In this document: positions 40,669-50,051 of the stretch, piece after piece
Layout of the letters: every line of letters begins with the position of its first letter
Numbering within the stretch: the stretch's first letter is position 1
Assembly: GCA_022842945.1 (NCBI GenBank)
Contig: JALHOO010000002.1
Coordinates: forward strand, 25,030 to 89,029
DNA: 64,000 bases
From: Minisyncoccota bacterium
GTDB taxonomy: Bacteria; Patescibacteriota; Minisyncoccia; Phycocordibacterales; Phycocordibacteraceae
Direction: 5' to 3'
Translations under genes and position numbers: made by a program
The notes under the pieces: generated by a model
What the model saw: only the letters and a program-made list of their open reading frames with translations
Database searches by the model: none
What the model was told of the DNA's origin: nothing

Positions 40669-41241
40669 CTACTCTCCAATCTTTCGCACAACGGCAATGA
40701 ACTCCTGTATCGCTTCGTCGAGCTTGCCGTCATGATTCTCTACAACATAATCAGCCTCGGCCATAAAGCTCGCCTCATCCAGATAGCGCTGGTGTCGCTT
40801 CTCAAGATCTTCGGCGCTCATGTGTCCACGTGCAAGGATGCGCGGTACCAAATTCTCCCAGGAACCCGCATCGACATAGACAACCGCATACTCCTCTCTT
40901 GGGAGTTTCTCACGGATGAGGCGCACGCCCTGCACCTCTATGTCTGAAAGGATGAGGTTTCCCTTGCTGAGTGCTGTTTCAATTTCAGAACGTAGCGTGC
41001 CGTAGCAATTACCTCCGTACTCAGCCCACTCCAGAAACTCGTCCGCCTCAACGCGCCGCATAAACTCCTCGCGAGTGATGTAGTGGTAGTTCACCCCATC
41101 CACCTCTCCCTCACGCATGGGACGCGTTGTCGCTGAAACGGCAAACGCGAGACCCGGGACGGCCTCGCGTGCGGCGTTTATGAGCGTGTTCTTTCCGCTG
41201 CCCGTAGGACCAACAACGAGGATGTAGGTGCCTCGCTTCAT
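40669..41241 (-). CDS. gmk: Guanylate kinase
   Basis: GPTGSGK, SATTRPMREGEVDGVNYHY, FLEWAEY..YGT. Confidence 0.95.
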   Translation of the reverse strand: MKRGTYILVVGPTGSGKNTLINAAREAVPGLAFAVSATTRPMREGEVDGVNYHYITREEFMRRVEADEFLEWAEYGGNCYGTLRSEIETALSKGNLILSDIEVQGVRLIREKLPREEYAVVYVDAGSWENLVPRILARGHMSAEDLEKRHQRYLDEASFMAEADYVVENHDGKLDEAIQEFIAVVRKIGE

Positions 41242-41245
41242 CGGT

Positions 41246-42514
41246 CTAATACTCGCGAAGAGATGCCTGCGCGTCAATCTTGCGAATGAGGTCGAGCACC
41301 ACGTTAACCACGATGAGGAGTGCGGTTCCTCCAATGAGGACGGCGGTGATACCCGTGAGGCCCTGGATGATGAACGGGATAACCGCCACAAGTCCGAGGA
41401 AGAGTGCGCCCGGGAGCGTTACGCGCGTAACTACGCTTCCAATGAAGTTCTCGGTCTCGCGTCCTGGACGAACACCTGGAACAAAGGCTCCGGACTTCTG
41501 GAGATTGTCTGCAACGCGCTTTGGCTCAAACGTAATCGAGGTGTAGAAGTACGTGAACATAACCACGAGCACGAAGTAGAAGGCGCCGTATGCAAACGGA
41601 TTCGCTGAGAATGCCGTATACCCCGCAAGAAGTCCTGCAGACCCCGCAACCCCAACCGCTGCGAGTCCCGTAAGGACCATCTGCGGAAGGAGAAGAAGGG
41701 AGAGAGCGAAGATAATCGGCATAACACCCGCCTGAAGAAGACGAATCGGAAGGTAGGTAGGTGCAACTCCTCCCCCGCCACGTGTGGCACGTGCGTAATG
41801 AATCGGGATAGAGCGCTCAGCCTCAGACACGAGCACAACTGCGAAGATAACGGCGAGGCCAATAGCAACGAAGCCTAGGTATGCCGGAATGTTTGCGGCG
41901 GTAGCCGTAAAGAGAAGCTGGGAAAGACCGGCAGGAAGTGCTGCTACGATACCTGCAAAGATAATGAGAGAGACACCGTTGCCAATACCGAACTCCGTGA
42001 TAAGCTCGCCAATCCACATAAGGAGCATAGAGCCCGCTGCAATGAGGAAGACGTTAACCGCGAAATCGAATGGGGTGATGGTACGAACAATACCCTGGCT
42101 CTCAAGGAGCGAGAGGAACGCCACACCCTGAAGTACCGCGAGCGGGATAGTAAGCGCTCGAGCGATAGACGTGAACTTGGTGCGTCCAGCCTCCCCTTCC
42201 TCGCTGTACATAGCCTTAACCTTAGGCACAAGCACGGTAGCGAGCTGCATGATAATAGAGGCCGTGATGTACGGACCCACACCGAGCATAACTATGGAAA
42301 GGTTCGAGAGACCGCCTCCCGAGAAGATATTCAAGAGTCCGAGGAACTGGTTGTTCGTGAAGAACTGCTCGAGTGCAATACGATCAACGCCTGGAATCGG
42401 AACAGCTGCGAGGAAGCGGAATACAACAAAGGCACCCAGGATGAAGAGTATCCGGTTTCGTATAACCCGATCCGAGAAGATTGTCTTTACCTTGTGAATC
42501 GCCTTGCCGAACAT
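41246..42514 (-). CDS. secY: Preprotein translocase SecY
   Basis: LGVGPYITASIIMQL, GIGNGVSLII, PGVRPG, GGTALLIVV. Confidence 0.97.
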   Translation of the reverse strand: MFGKAIHKVKTIFSDRVIRNRILFILGAFVVFRFLAAVPIPGVDRIALEQFFTNNQFLGLLNIFSGGGLSNLSIVMLGVGPYITASIIMQLATVLVPKVKAMYSEEGEAGRTKFTSIARALTIPLAVLQGVAFLSLLESQGIVRTITPFDFAVNVFLIAAGSMLLMWIGELITEFGIGNGVSLIIFAGIVAALPAGLSQLLFTATAANIPAYLGFVAIGLAVIFAVVLVSEAERSIPIHYARATRGGGGVAPTYLPIRLLQAGVMPIIFALSLLLLPQMVLTGLAAVGVAGSAGLLAGYTAFSANPFAYGAFYFVLVVMFTYFYTSITFEPKRVADNLQKSGAFVPGVRPGRETENFIGSVVTRVTLPGALFLGLVAVIPFIIQGLTGITAVLIGGTALLIVVNVVLDLIRKIDAQASLREY

Positions 42515-42517
42515 AGG

Positions 42518-42970
42518 CTAGACGATTATCGAACCTCCTGCCTTTTCAATGGCCGCCTTTGCGACATCCGAAGCAGTGCAGTTCGAGATCTTAAGGGCCT
42601 TAGTAAGGGAGCCGGTTCCGAGGATCTTTACGTAGGAAAGCTTTCCTCCGCGAGCGCGGACGAGTCCCTTCACGTAGAGAGTCTCTGGTGTTACGGTCTC
42701 CCCTGCCTCAAACGCAGCCTCAAGGGTTGCGAGGTTCACTGGCTCGTACTCGTGGCGCTTAGCGCGAACAGTACGCGCACGGTTCTTTCCGTGTCCGCGA
42801 AGCTTCGGGAGCTTCTTAAGGATGTCACGCATCTCAGGACGCTTCTTGTGTCCTGCACGTGCGTTCTGTCCCTTGGTACCACGGCCCGAGGTCTTACCAC
42901 GCTTGCCGCCACGACCAACACGAGGTGTTGTGATGCGAGGGGTCTTTGGAGCGAGAGTGTTGGACTGCAT
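42518..42970 (-). CDS. rplO: 50S ribosomal protein uL15
   Basis: RVGRGG..GKTSGRGTKGQ, KLPKLRG, VKILG. Confidence 0.95.
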   Translation of the reverse strand: MQSNTLAPKTPRITTPRVGRGGKRGKTSGRGTKGQNARAGHKKRPEMRDILKKLPKLRGHGKNRARTVRAKRHEYEPVNLATLEAAFEAGETVTPETLYVKGLVRARGGKLSYVKILGTGSLTKALKISNCTASDVAKAAIEKAGGSIIV

Positions 42971-42981
42971 ATATATAAAGG

Positions 42982-43608
42982 TTAGCGGGAACCAGCGGCA
43001 GCGAGTGCTGCAACCGTTGCGCGAGCGATAGTGAGCTTGTTCTTGGTGCGCGTAAGGATCTTCGCGATCACGTTGGTGACGCCAGCGTGCTCAAGCACGG
43101 TGCGCATAGCGCTTCCGGCAACCACACCGCGACCCGGGCTAGGGATGATAGTAACAATAGACGATGAGTTCTTGATGGACACGTCGTGCGCGATAGATCC
43201 CTCAGGCGTGCGCTTCACGGTGATGAGGTGCTTCTTTGCGTCACGTACCGCCTTATCGATAGCGAGTGCGGTGTCCGCTCCCTTTCCAAGACCTACACCA
43301 ACGCGTCCCTTCTTGTCGCCGATAACAACAGTAACCGAGAAGGAGAAGCGACGTCCTCCCGCCATAACGCGGGCTACGCGGCGAACCTCAAGGGTAGCCT
43401 GCTCGAACTCAGAGCGCTCGCGTGGAGCACGTGGGCGGCCACGACCTCCGTCACGTCCACCTGGACGTCCTCCGCGACCAGCAGGACCGCGAGAGTTCCT
43501 GTAGTCAGGGCGCGCTGGAGCAGCTTCCGTTGCCGGAGCCTCAACAACAGCCTCTGTTGGAGCAACAGGAGCGTCGGTATTGGTTTCGAGGGTAGTAGTG
43601 TCAGTCAT
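42982..43608 (-). CDS. rpsE: 30S ribosomal protein uS5
   Basis: RRVARVMAGGRRFSF, GRVGVGLGK. Confidence 0.96.
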   Translation of the reverse strand: MTDTTTLETNTDAPVAPTEAVVEAPATEAAPARPDYRNSRGPAGRGGRPGGRDGGRGRPRAPRERSEFEQATLEVRRVARVMAGGRRFSFSVTVVIGDKKGRVGVGLGKGADTALAIDKAVRDAKKHLITVKRTPEGSIAHDVSIKNSSSIVTIIPSPGRGVVAGSAMRTVLEHAGVTNVIAKILTRTKNKLTIARATVAALAAAGSR

Positions 43609-43611
43609 GTA

Positions 43612-43956
43612 TTAGAAAGTGAGGCCGTTCTCGCGAGCGGTGTCAGCAACTGCCTTGATCTGGCCGCCGTACTCAAAGCCGCCGCGATCAAAGACAACAG
43701 TGGTAACACCTGCCTTCTTGCCCGCCTCTGCGATTGCCTTGCCTACGCCAACTGCCTGAACCGTAAGAGAACCAGGAGTCTTGCTTCCGTGCGCGGCTGC
43801 AACGGTCTTCTGTGCCTCGTCGTCGATGAGCTGAGCTGAGATGAACTTGTTCGATTTGTAGACTGCAAGGCGAGGACGCTCTGCAGTGCCAGAGATCTTT
43901 GCGCGGACACGGTTGTGGCGTCGGTCGCGGAGTTCTTTTTTGTTGAGTGTAGCCAT
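43612..43956 (-). CDS. rplR: 50S ribosomal protein uL18
   Basis: GTAERPRLAVYKSN, VVFDRGG. Confidence 0.96.
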   Translation of the reverse strand: MATLNKKELRDRRHNRVRAKISGTAERPRLAVYKSNKFISAQLIDDEAQKTVAAAHGSKTPGSLTVQAVGVGKAIAEAGKKAGVTTVVFDRGGFEYGGQIKAVADTARENGLTF

Positions 43957-43965
43957 ACGTAAATA

Positions 43966-44499
43966 TTACACAGCCTTCTTACCCTGCTTGCGGCGAATAA
44001 CCTCGTTATCGTACGCGATACCCTTTCCAAGGTATGGCTCCGGTGGCTTGATTGCACGAACCTCAGCTGCGAACTGTCCAACCTTCTGCTTGTCAGCACC
44101 TTCAATAGTGATGGTGAGCTTCTCAACTTTAGCCTCAAGTCCCTCAGGAACCGTAAGCGTAACCTGGTGTGAGAAGCCGACGTTGAAAACGAGGTCACGT
44201 CCCTTAAGCTCTGCCTTGTATCCCACACCCTTCATGATGAGGACCTTCTTGAACGGTGTCTCAACGCCAGACATCATTGCGCGAGCGTGTGCGGCGAAGG
44301 TTCCGGTGAGGGCGCGGGCAAGCTTAGAAGAGTTTGCCGGAGCAATCTGGATACCCTCTGACGTCACGTCCATGGTGATTGCAGAGTGGATAGGCATTGC
44401 GAGTGTTGCAACGGGTCCCTTTACAGAAAACACGCCTCCGTCTGTAGAGACAGTTACCTTTGAAGGGATAGCGATAGGCTTTTTAGCAAGACGGGACAT
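43966..44499 (-). CDS. rplF: 50S ribosomal protein uL6
   Basis: GVGYKA, PPEPYLGKGI. Confidence 0.96.
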   Translation of the reverse strand: MSRLAKKPIAIPSKVTVSTDGGVFSVKGPVATLAMPIHSAITMDVTSEGIQIAPANSSKLARALTGTFAAHARAMMSGVETPFKKVLIMKGVGYKAELKGRDLVFNVGFSHQVTLTVPEGLEAKVEKLTITIEGADKQKVGQFAAEVRAIKPPEPYLGKGIAYDNEVIRRKQGKKAV

Positions 44500-44511
44500 A
44501 TACGTAAATGA

Positions 44512-44901
44512 TTACCAGATCTCAAAGAGATTCTCTCCTCCTACACGAACCTTGCGAGCTTCAGCGTCAGTGAGCACACCCTTCGGTGTTGAGATAAGGC
44601 GGCTACCCATGCCGTTCTTAACGCTGTGTGCCTCCGCAGACGGAGTGTAGAGACGACGTCCAGGCTTTGATACACGCTTTACGCCGTGGATCTTGTGGTT
44701 GCCGCGCTCGTCGTAGGCAAGAGATACCTCGAACTCGTACGGGCCCTTCCCCTTCGAAACCTCCTTCACGTAGCCTAGAGACTTAAGCTTGTACGCGATT
44801 TCCTCTACGTGCTTCGAAAAAGGCACAGACACCGTCTGCTTGTTGATTGCGCCTGCATTCTTGAGGCGGATGATGAAATCTCCTACGCGGTCAGATACCA
44901 T
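44512..44901 (-). CDS. rpsH: 30S ribosomal protein uS8
   Basis: IIRLKNA, RVSKPGRRLY, ISTPKGV, VGGE. Confidence 0.96.
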   Translation of the reverse strand: MVSDRVGDFIIRLKNAGAINKQTVSVPFSKHVEEIAYKLKSLGYVKEVSKGKGPYEFEVSLAYDERGNHKIHGVKRVSKPGRRLYTPSAEAHSVKNGMGSRLISTPKGVLTDAEARKVRVGGENLFEIW

Positions 44902-44908
44902 ACGAAAA

Positions 44909-45178
44909 TTACCAGGAAGCTTTTTTAACACCCGGAACCTTACCCTCGCGGGCTAGTTCACGGAACACAATGCGAGAGAGGCCGAATGGGCGCATGTAGC
45001 CGCGTCCGCGACCAGATACCGCGCAGCGGTTCTTCACACGGGTAGGGCTTGAGTTCTTTGGGAGCTTCTGAAGGCCTTCCCAATCGCCAGCAGCTTTAAG
45101 AGCCGCACGCTTTTCAGCGAAACGAGCAACGAGCTTAATGCGCTTTTCGTTGCGGGCGAGTTGGGATGCTTTAGCCAT
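44909..45178 (-). CDS. rpsN: 30S ribosomal protein uS14, 89-aa zinc-independent (C-) form
   Basis: [29 protein letters not shown]; only one Cys. Confidence 0.96.
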   Translation of the reverse strand: MAKASQLARNEKRIKLVARFAEKRAALKAAGDWEGLQKLPKNSSPTRVKNRCAVSGRGRGYMRPFGLSRIVFRELAREGKVPGVKKASW

Positions 45179-45210
45179 AAGAAAAAATAGCTCCGGGGAG
45201 CCGTAAAGAC

Positions 45211-45239
45211 AATCTATCAGCTAGGAAGTAGGCTGTCAA
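45211..45239 (-). promoter_or_regulatory. Sigma70 promoter for the rpsN...map segment
   Basis: TTGACA-17-TAGATT with extended TG. Confidence 0.8.
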
Positions 45240-45316
45240 ATTGACGAGGGCGGTTCTATGAAGCGTCGCTTAAATCTCTCCAGACCTAGTACCAGCCCTC
45301 TATATTTTATACAGCG

Positions 45317-45346
45317 ATCGGCCAGAAACCTTGGTTTCTGGCCGAT
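45317..45346. repeat. 14-bp perfect inverted repeat (terminator-like, no U-tract)
   Basis: ATCGGCCAGAAACC-tt-GGTTTCTGGCCGAT. Confidence 0.8.
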
Positions 45347-45352
45347 TAATGC

Positions 45353-45715
45353 TCAAATCTTCGCGAAGACGGTGTCGACGGGCAAAACCCACACGAAACC
45401 CTTGGCTCCCTTCCCGTTCTCTTGGTGGTGATTGTCGAGGAAAGTCCTCACACCCTGACGGATCTTTTCGACGCGATCTGGCAGATTTTCCATACGATCT
45501 GGGAATGCGTGGAGAACGATGTAGATTTCGAACTCCTTCCCATTCAGGGTTCGATCATGCGGCGGGTAGTGTTTGGCAGTTGAGACGATGATGTCTTTAT
45601 CCCTGACACCAAGAGCTGGCGCGATGATTCCAGGTAAGGCCGCGATGAGATCGTCCCTGAACCAGCCGACCCTGTTGGAACTGTCGTGTTCAGAACGAAA
45701 GATGACCAATGGCAT
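45353..45715 (-). CDS. Hypothetical protein, possibly tautomerase/MIF superfamily
   Basis: Met-Pro N-terminus, beta-alpha-beta pattern twice; SD AAAAGGAGG; own TATGAT promoter. Confidence 0.6.
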   Translation of the reverse strand: MPLVIFRSEHDSSNRVGWFRDDLIAALPGIIAPALGVRDKDIIVSTAKHYPPHDRTLNGKEFEIYIVLHAFPDRMENLPDRVEKIRQGVRTFLDNHHQENGKGAKGFVWVLPVDTVFAKI

Positions 45716-45766
45716 TTCTGCCTCCTTTTCTAATCCGTTCTGACCCTATCATAAGCGTATGTAATA

Positions 45767-45799
45767 AGAAAACAGCCCGCGCTCTGCGGGCTGTTTTCT
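45767..45799 (-). terminator. Terminator after rplE
   Basis: AGAAAACAGCCCGC-gctct-GCGGGCTGTTTTCT. Confidence 0.8.
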
Positions 45800-45812
45800 C
45801 TCCTAAACCTGA

Positions 45813-46349
45813 TTATTCAGCGTCCTTCTTGAACGGAATCCCGAGGTGGCGGAAGAATGCATCTGCCTCCTCCTTGGTCTTCGCGGTGGTAACAAGCGTA
45901 ATAGCGAGTCCGAACACGTCCTTAAGGTCCTCGTCTGCGGTCTCAGGGAAGATAGTGTGGTCCTTGATGCCGATAGTGAGGTTACCCATCTCGTCGATAG
46001 CGGTGGCGTTAAGGCCGCGGAAGTCACGAGTACGAGGAAGGGTGATGTGGATGAGCTTCTCGAGGAACTCGTTCATACGAGCGCCGCGAAGCGTAACCTG
46101 GTATCCCACGATGTCGCCTTCGCGCATCTTGAACTGTGCGATGGACTGCTTTGCCGCGCGAGGAGATGCCTTCTGACCCGTGATGCGAGCAAGACGAGTC
46201 TCGACGAAGGCCTTCTTTGCCTTGTCTGCCTTTCCAACGCCGGAAGATACGGTGATCTTCATGAGGCGAGGAGACGCGTTAACGTTGGTGTAGCCGAACG
46301 CTCCCTTAAGGGTCTCAAATGCGCTAGCCTGCTTTTCTTTAGTGATCAT
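45813..46349 (-). CDS. rplE: 50S ribosomal protein uL5
   Basis: ITGQK, FKMREG, LPRTRDFRGL, IFPE. Confidence 0.96.
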   Translation of the reverse strand: MITKEKQASAFETLKGAFGYTNVNASPRLMKITVSSGVGKADKAKKAFVETRLARITGQKASPRAAKQSIAQFKMREGDIVGYQVTLRGARMNEFLEKLIHITLPRTRDFRGLNATAIDEMGNLTIGIKDHTIFPETADEDLKDVFGLAITLVTTAKTKEEADAFFRHLGIPFKKDAE

Positions 46350-46360
46350 ATACAAAGAGG

Positions 46361-46705
46361 TTATGCGAGGGTGGTGCCACTCTTAACCGTAACGCGGACA
46401 TTCTTGCCGTCCTTGTTCGTCTCGCGCTTTACACGAGTTCCCCTCTTGTCCTTAGGGTCCTGGAGCATGACGTTTGAGATAGCGATAGCCGCTGGCTTCT
46501 CAACGATGCGTCCGGTCTGACCACGAAGTCCGCGGTTGTGGCGCTTCACGAGAGCGATGCCTTCAACGACGATCTTCGCGTCTTCGCGGAGGATCTTCTC
46601 AACGACACCGGTCTTGCCCTTGTCCTTGCCTGAGATAACGACAACAGTGTCGCCCTTCTTGAGCTTGAACTTAGCGGTCTGCTTTCCTTGGGTTGCCTTG
46701 GACAT
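46361..46705 (-). CDS. rplX: 50S ribosomal protein uL24
   Basis: KKGDTVVVISGKDKGKTG KOW motif, ISNV. Confidence 0.96.
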   Translation of the reverse strand: MSKATQGKQTAKFKLKKGDTVVVISGKDKGKTGVVEKILREDAKIVVEGIALVKRHNRGLRGQTGRIVEKPAAIAISNVMLQDPKDKRGTRVKRETNKDGKNVRVTVKSGTTLA

Positions 46706-46734
46706 ATGCGAAAGGGTTAATAATTAAATAGAGG

Positions 46735-47112
46735 TTATACGACTTCAGGTGCGATAGACGCAATGTTCTGCCATCCGCGCTCAACAAGGTCGCGAGGAAC
46801 GGGTCCGAATACACGGTTACCCTTTGGTCCCATCTCCTTACCCTGCTTCTCGATGAGAACAACTGCGTTGTCATCAAAACGTACGTAGATACCTGACGCG
46901 CGGCGGAATGCCTTACGCTGGCGAACCACAACGGCCTTGAAGATATCCTTCTTCTTAACGGCCTTGCGGGGCTCCGCAGACTGGATGGATACGATAACCA
47001 CGTCCCCAATCTCTGCATAGCGGCGCTTTGATCCTCCGAGCACCTTGAACACACGGGCGATCCTTCCGCCTGAGTTGTCTGTGACCGTTACGATTGACTG
47101 GGGCTGTACCAT
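46735..47112 (-). CDS. rplN: 50S ribosomal protein uL14
   Basis: DNSG, RFDDNAVV, RVFGPV, APEV. Confidence 0.97.
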   Translation of the reverse strand: MVQPQSIVTVTDNSGGRIARVFKVLGGSKRRYAEIGDVVIVSIQSAEPRKAVKKKDIFKAVVVRQRKAFRRASGIYVRFDDNAVVLIEKQGKEMGPKGNRVFGPVPRDLVERGWQNIASIAPEVV

Positions 47113-47122
47113 AAATAAGAGA

Positions 47123-47371
47123 TTACTTTACGAGCGTGAATGACTTACGCTTCGACATCGGCGCGCATCCAACAATCGTTACCTGGTCCCCCACCTTAGC
47201 AGTGTTGCCCTCGTCGTGTACGAGGAACTTCTTGGTGCGGGTCTGGTACTTCTTGTACTTTGGGTGCTTCACGTACCGAGAGACGGCAACGGTGATTGTG
47301 TCCGTCATGGCCGTCTTAACGACGGTTCCCTTGAAGGACTGGGGCTTAGTTGTTGGTGTAGGTGTTTCCAT
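47123..47371 (-). CDS. rpsQ: 30S ribosomal protein uS17
   Basis: HPKYKK, VHDEGN, GDQV, PMSKRK. Confidence 0.96.
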   Translation of the reverse strand: METPTPTTKPQSFKGTVVKTAMTDTITVAVSRYVKHPKYKKYQTRTKKFLVHDEGNTAKVGDQVTIVGCAPMSKRKSFTLVK

Positions 47372-47376
47372 AATAC

Positions 47377-47580
47377 TTATGCGGTTGGGGCGTTCTTGCG
47401 TGCGGTCTGTTCGGTAAGAATGCGAGCGATGTCCTTGCGGGCCTTTCCAGCTAGGCTTGCGTCCTTAACGCGTCCTCCCGCTGCAGAGAAACGTAGGGTG
47501 CGAAGCTCTTCGCGCTTCTCTCCGAGCATCTTTACGAGGTCCTCGCTCTTTGCGTCCTTGAATGAAGTTTTCTTAGCCAT
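47377..47580 (-). CDS. rpmC: 50S ribosomal protein uL29
   Basis: EELRTLRF, RKDIARILT; operon position. Confidence 0.93.
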   Translation of the reverse strand: MAKKTSFKDAKSEDLVKMLGEKREELRTLRFSAAGGRVKDASLAGKARKDIARILTEQTARKNAPTA

Positions 47581-47583
47581 ACA

Positions 47584-48003
47584 TTAACGGGTTATGACCG
47601 TAGTCTTAAGCGGAAGCTTCGATCCTGCGCGGCGCATAGCGTCGCGAGCCTTCGCATCATCAATACCATCGAGCTCGAAGAGGATGCGTCCTGGACGAAC
47701 CTCGAACACAAAGTGCTTCGGATCTCCCTTACCCTTACCCATGCCCACCTCAGCTGGCTTGTTCGTGATAGGACGATCCGGGAAGATGCGGATCCAGAGC
47801 TTACCTCCCTTTCCCGTTGCGCGGGAGAGTACCTTACGAGCGGCCTCAATCTGGTTTGAGGTTACGCGAGACGGCGTAGTAGCACGAAGGCCGTACGAAC
47901 CGAACGACACGGTGATACCGCGAGTATCAGGACGTGCAAGACGCTCCGGGGACTTACGTCCGGTCTGCCACTTGCGGTGCTTAACTTTCTTAGGGAATAG
48001 CAT
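47584..48003 (-). CDS. rplP: 50S ribosomal protein uL16
   Basis: QIEAAR, WIRIFPD, MGKGKG. Confidence 0.97.
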   Translation of the reverse strand: MLFPKKVKHRKWQTGRKSPERLARPDTRGITVSFGSYGLRATTPSRVTSNQIEAARKVLSRATGKGGKLWIRIFPDRPITNKPAEVGMGKGKGDPKHFVFEVRPGRILFELDGIDDAKARDAMRRAGSKLPLKTTVITR

Positions 48004-48014
48004 AGTACTAAATG

Positions 48015-48734
48015 TTAGCGGCGAGGACCGTTAGACGACGTAGACGGGCGCTCAGACGCTGGACGAGTTCCGCTCTCAGCGTTGAAGGTCTCGCCGAGGT
48101 AGATCCAAACCTTGATACCAAGGAGACCGTACGGAAGAAGAGCCTCTACGTGTGCGTAATCAATGTTTGCACGGAAAGTCTGAAGCGGGATACGGCCACG
48201 CTTGATCTGCTCAGTGCGGCTCATGTCAGCACCGCCAAGACGTCCAGAAAGGACGATGCGAACACCCACAACCTCGCGAACTGACATAACCTTCTCAACG
48301 GTCTGCTTAAGGACACGGCGGAACGGCATGCGCTTCTCGAGTCCCTCAGCAACCATGTACCCAACAACAGAGGCCGAAGTCTCAGGCTGGCGGATCTCCA
48401 TGATGTCGAGCTTAACGGCGCGCTTGGCACCTGTTGCCTTCGAGTTAATGAGGGTGGTTATCTCGTTGCGGAGTTTGGTTGCGTTCTCTCCAGAGCGACC
48501 GATAACAATACCGGGACGTGCCGTGTGGAGGATAACGCGCACCTCGCCCTGTGAGCGCTCAATCTCAAGGTCTGCGATGTGCATGCTCTTTGCACGCTTC
48601 TTGAAGTAGCCACGGATGGCCGCGTCCACCGCGATGTTCTCGCGGTACGACTTCTTGTCGCCAGCAAACCAGCGACTCTTCCAGTCACGGATGATGCCAA
48701 GGCGATGTGCGTACGGATGGACGGTGTGAGTCAT
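48015..48734 (-). CDS. rpsC: 30S ribosomal protein uS3
   Basis: RPGIVIG, GRLGGADMSRTE, PLQTFRANIDY. Confidence 0.97.
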   Translation of the reverse strand: MTHTVHPYAHRLGIIRDWKSRWFAGDKKSYRENIAVDAAIRGYFKKRAKSMHIADLEIERSQGEVRVILHTARPGIVIGRSGENATKLRNEITTLINSKATGAKRAVKLDIMEIRQPETSASVVGYMVAEGLEKRMPFRRVLKQTVEKVMSVREVVGVRIVLSGRLGGADMSRTEQIKRGRIPLQTFRANIDYAHVEALLPYGLLGIKVWIYLGETFNAESGTRPASERPSTSSNGPRR

Positions 48735-48739
48735 GGTAA

Positions 48740-49132
48740 TTACTTAGTGTCAGATGAAAGACGTACGAAAACCTGTGAACGGCGGCGGCGAATAGGTGCT
48801 GAACGACCCATAGCACGTGGCATAGCGCGCACAATCATGCCTGCTGAGTCTACGCGGATCTCAGCAACCTTAAGAGTAGCCATGTCCTCGCCGCGAGCCT
48901 TTGCCGTAGCTGCCGCTGACTCAATGAGCTTCTTGATAGGAAGAGCTGCGCGCTTTGGGAGGAATGAGAGTGCTGCAACGGCCTCGGACACCTTCTTGCC
49001 CTTGATCATCTCCGTAACGAGACGCACCTTGCGGGGCGACTGGTTGTACGTGTCGATAGACGCGCGGATAGCCTTCTTTGCTTCCTCCTTGCGAAGTGCA
49101 GCTGGCTGCTTGTGTGTTCCGGTAGAGGCCAT
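48740..49132 (-). CDS. rplV: 50S ribosomal protein uL22
   Basis: QSPRKVRLV, PRAMGR. Confidence 0.96.
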   Translation of the reverse strand: MASTGTHKQPAALRKEEAKKAIRASIDTYNQSPRKVRLVTEMIKGKKVSEAVAALSFLPKRAALPIKKLIESAAATAKARGEDMATLKVAEIRVDSAGMIVRAMPRAMGRSAPIRRRRSQVFVRLSSDTK

Positions 49133-49134
49133 GA

Positions 49135-49482
49135 TTATTTCTTCTTAGGTGCTGCAGGGGCAGCCTTAGCAGCCTTAGCCGCTGCAATCTCAGCCTGCTG
49201 CTTCTTCTGCTCAAGCTGCTTCTGCATCTTTCCTCCGTGACGGATGAACTTCTTCGTTGGGGAGAACTCTCCAAGGCGGTGACCTACCATTTCCTCAGTA
49301 ACGAGGACGTCTACGTGTGTCTTCCCGTTATGGACACCGAATGTGAATCCGATGAACTCAGGGGAGATCTGGCTGTTGCGTGCCCACGTCTTAATAGCCG
49401 GCGTAGAAGACGGCTTCTTATCCTGAACCTTCTTCAGGAGATTTACATCAACGTATGGGCCTTTTTTAAGGGAGCGGGACAT
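49135..49482 (-). CDS. rpsS: 30S ribosomal protein uS19
   Basis: [23 protein letters not shown]. Confidence 0.97.
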   Translation of the reverse strand: MSRSLKKGPYVDVNLLKKVQDKKPSSTPAIKTWARNSQISPEFIGFTFGVHNGKTHVDVLVTEEMVGHRLGEFSPTKKFIRHGGKMQKQLEQKKQQAEIAAAKAAKAAPAAPKKK

Positions 49483-49520
49483 AGATAGACAATGGAAAGC
49501 CCGCCAGGCGGGATAGATAG

Positions 49521-49549
49521 AATCTATAGGAAACGAGGGGAAGTGTCAA
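49521..49549 (-). promoter_or_regulatory. Sigma70 promoter for the rpsS...rplE segment
   Basis: TTGACA-17-TAGATT. Confidence 0.8.
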
Positions 49550-49607
49550 ATTAAGGGCTCGCGTGCTAGGGTTCTGCCAGACGTTCAACACAAACCAGGA
49601 GGCTCCC

Positions 49608-50042
49608 GTGGAACGTGCAGTAGTTGCCGTATGGTTCAACCACAGTACTCCCGGGAGATTTCCGGGTGAAAGGGGCGTATACAACACCTATGTCCTTAGG
49701 ATCGAAGATCCTGCAGGTGAACTTCAAAACCTGACAGAGAAATACCTGAAATCTTGGGACCGGTTACATGAAAGACCCGAAAGCTGGTGGCGCAGGGTCA
49801 GATGCAAGGGTCTGAAGCAGAAGGCGCTGAAGCGTGCTCTTGCCTGTCTCAAGGCGAGACCACGGCCGAATGTCACTGTCAGCGTTTCTAGCAGCGATGA
49901 ACACGTTCCTTCTTCCCCTTGGCCCTACATTGGCAAGCTTCGGGAAATGATTCTTTTTGGAGGAACGTCTCAATTCTGGATCCTAAAGGATCAGCAACTC
50001 AAGGACTTCAGAGAGGCCGTTAAGGCCGACAAACAGGACTGA
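49608..50042 (+). CDS. Orphan hypothetical protein (144 aa)
   Basis: SD CAGGAGG before GTG; TGcTAGGGT promoter; hairpin after the stop. Confidence 0.65.
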   Translation: MERAVVAVWFNHSTPGRFPGERGVYNTYVLRIEDPAGELQNLTEKYLKSWDRLHERPESWWRRVRCKGLKQKALKRALACLKARPRPNVTVSVSSSDEHVPSSPWPYIGKLREMILFGGTSQFWILKDQQLKDFREAVKADKQD

Positions 50043-50051
50043 AAGAGTTCA

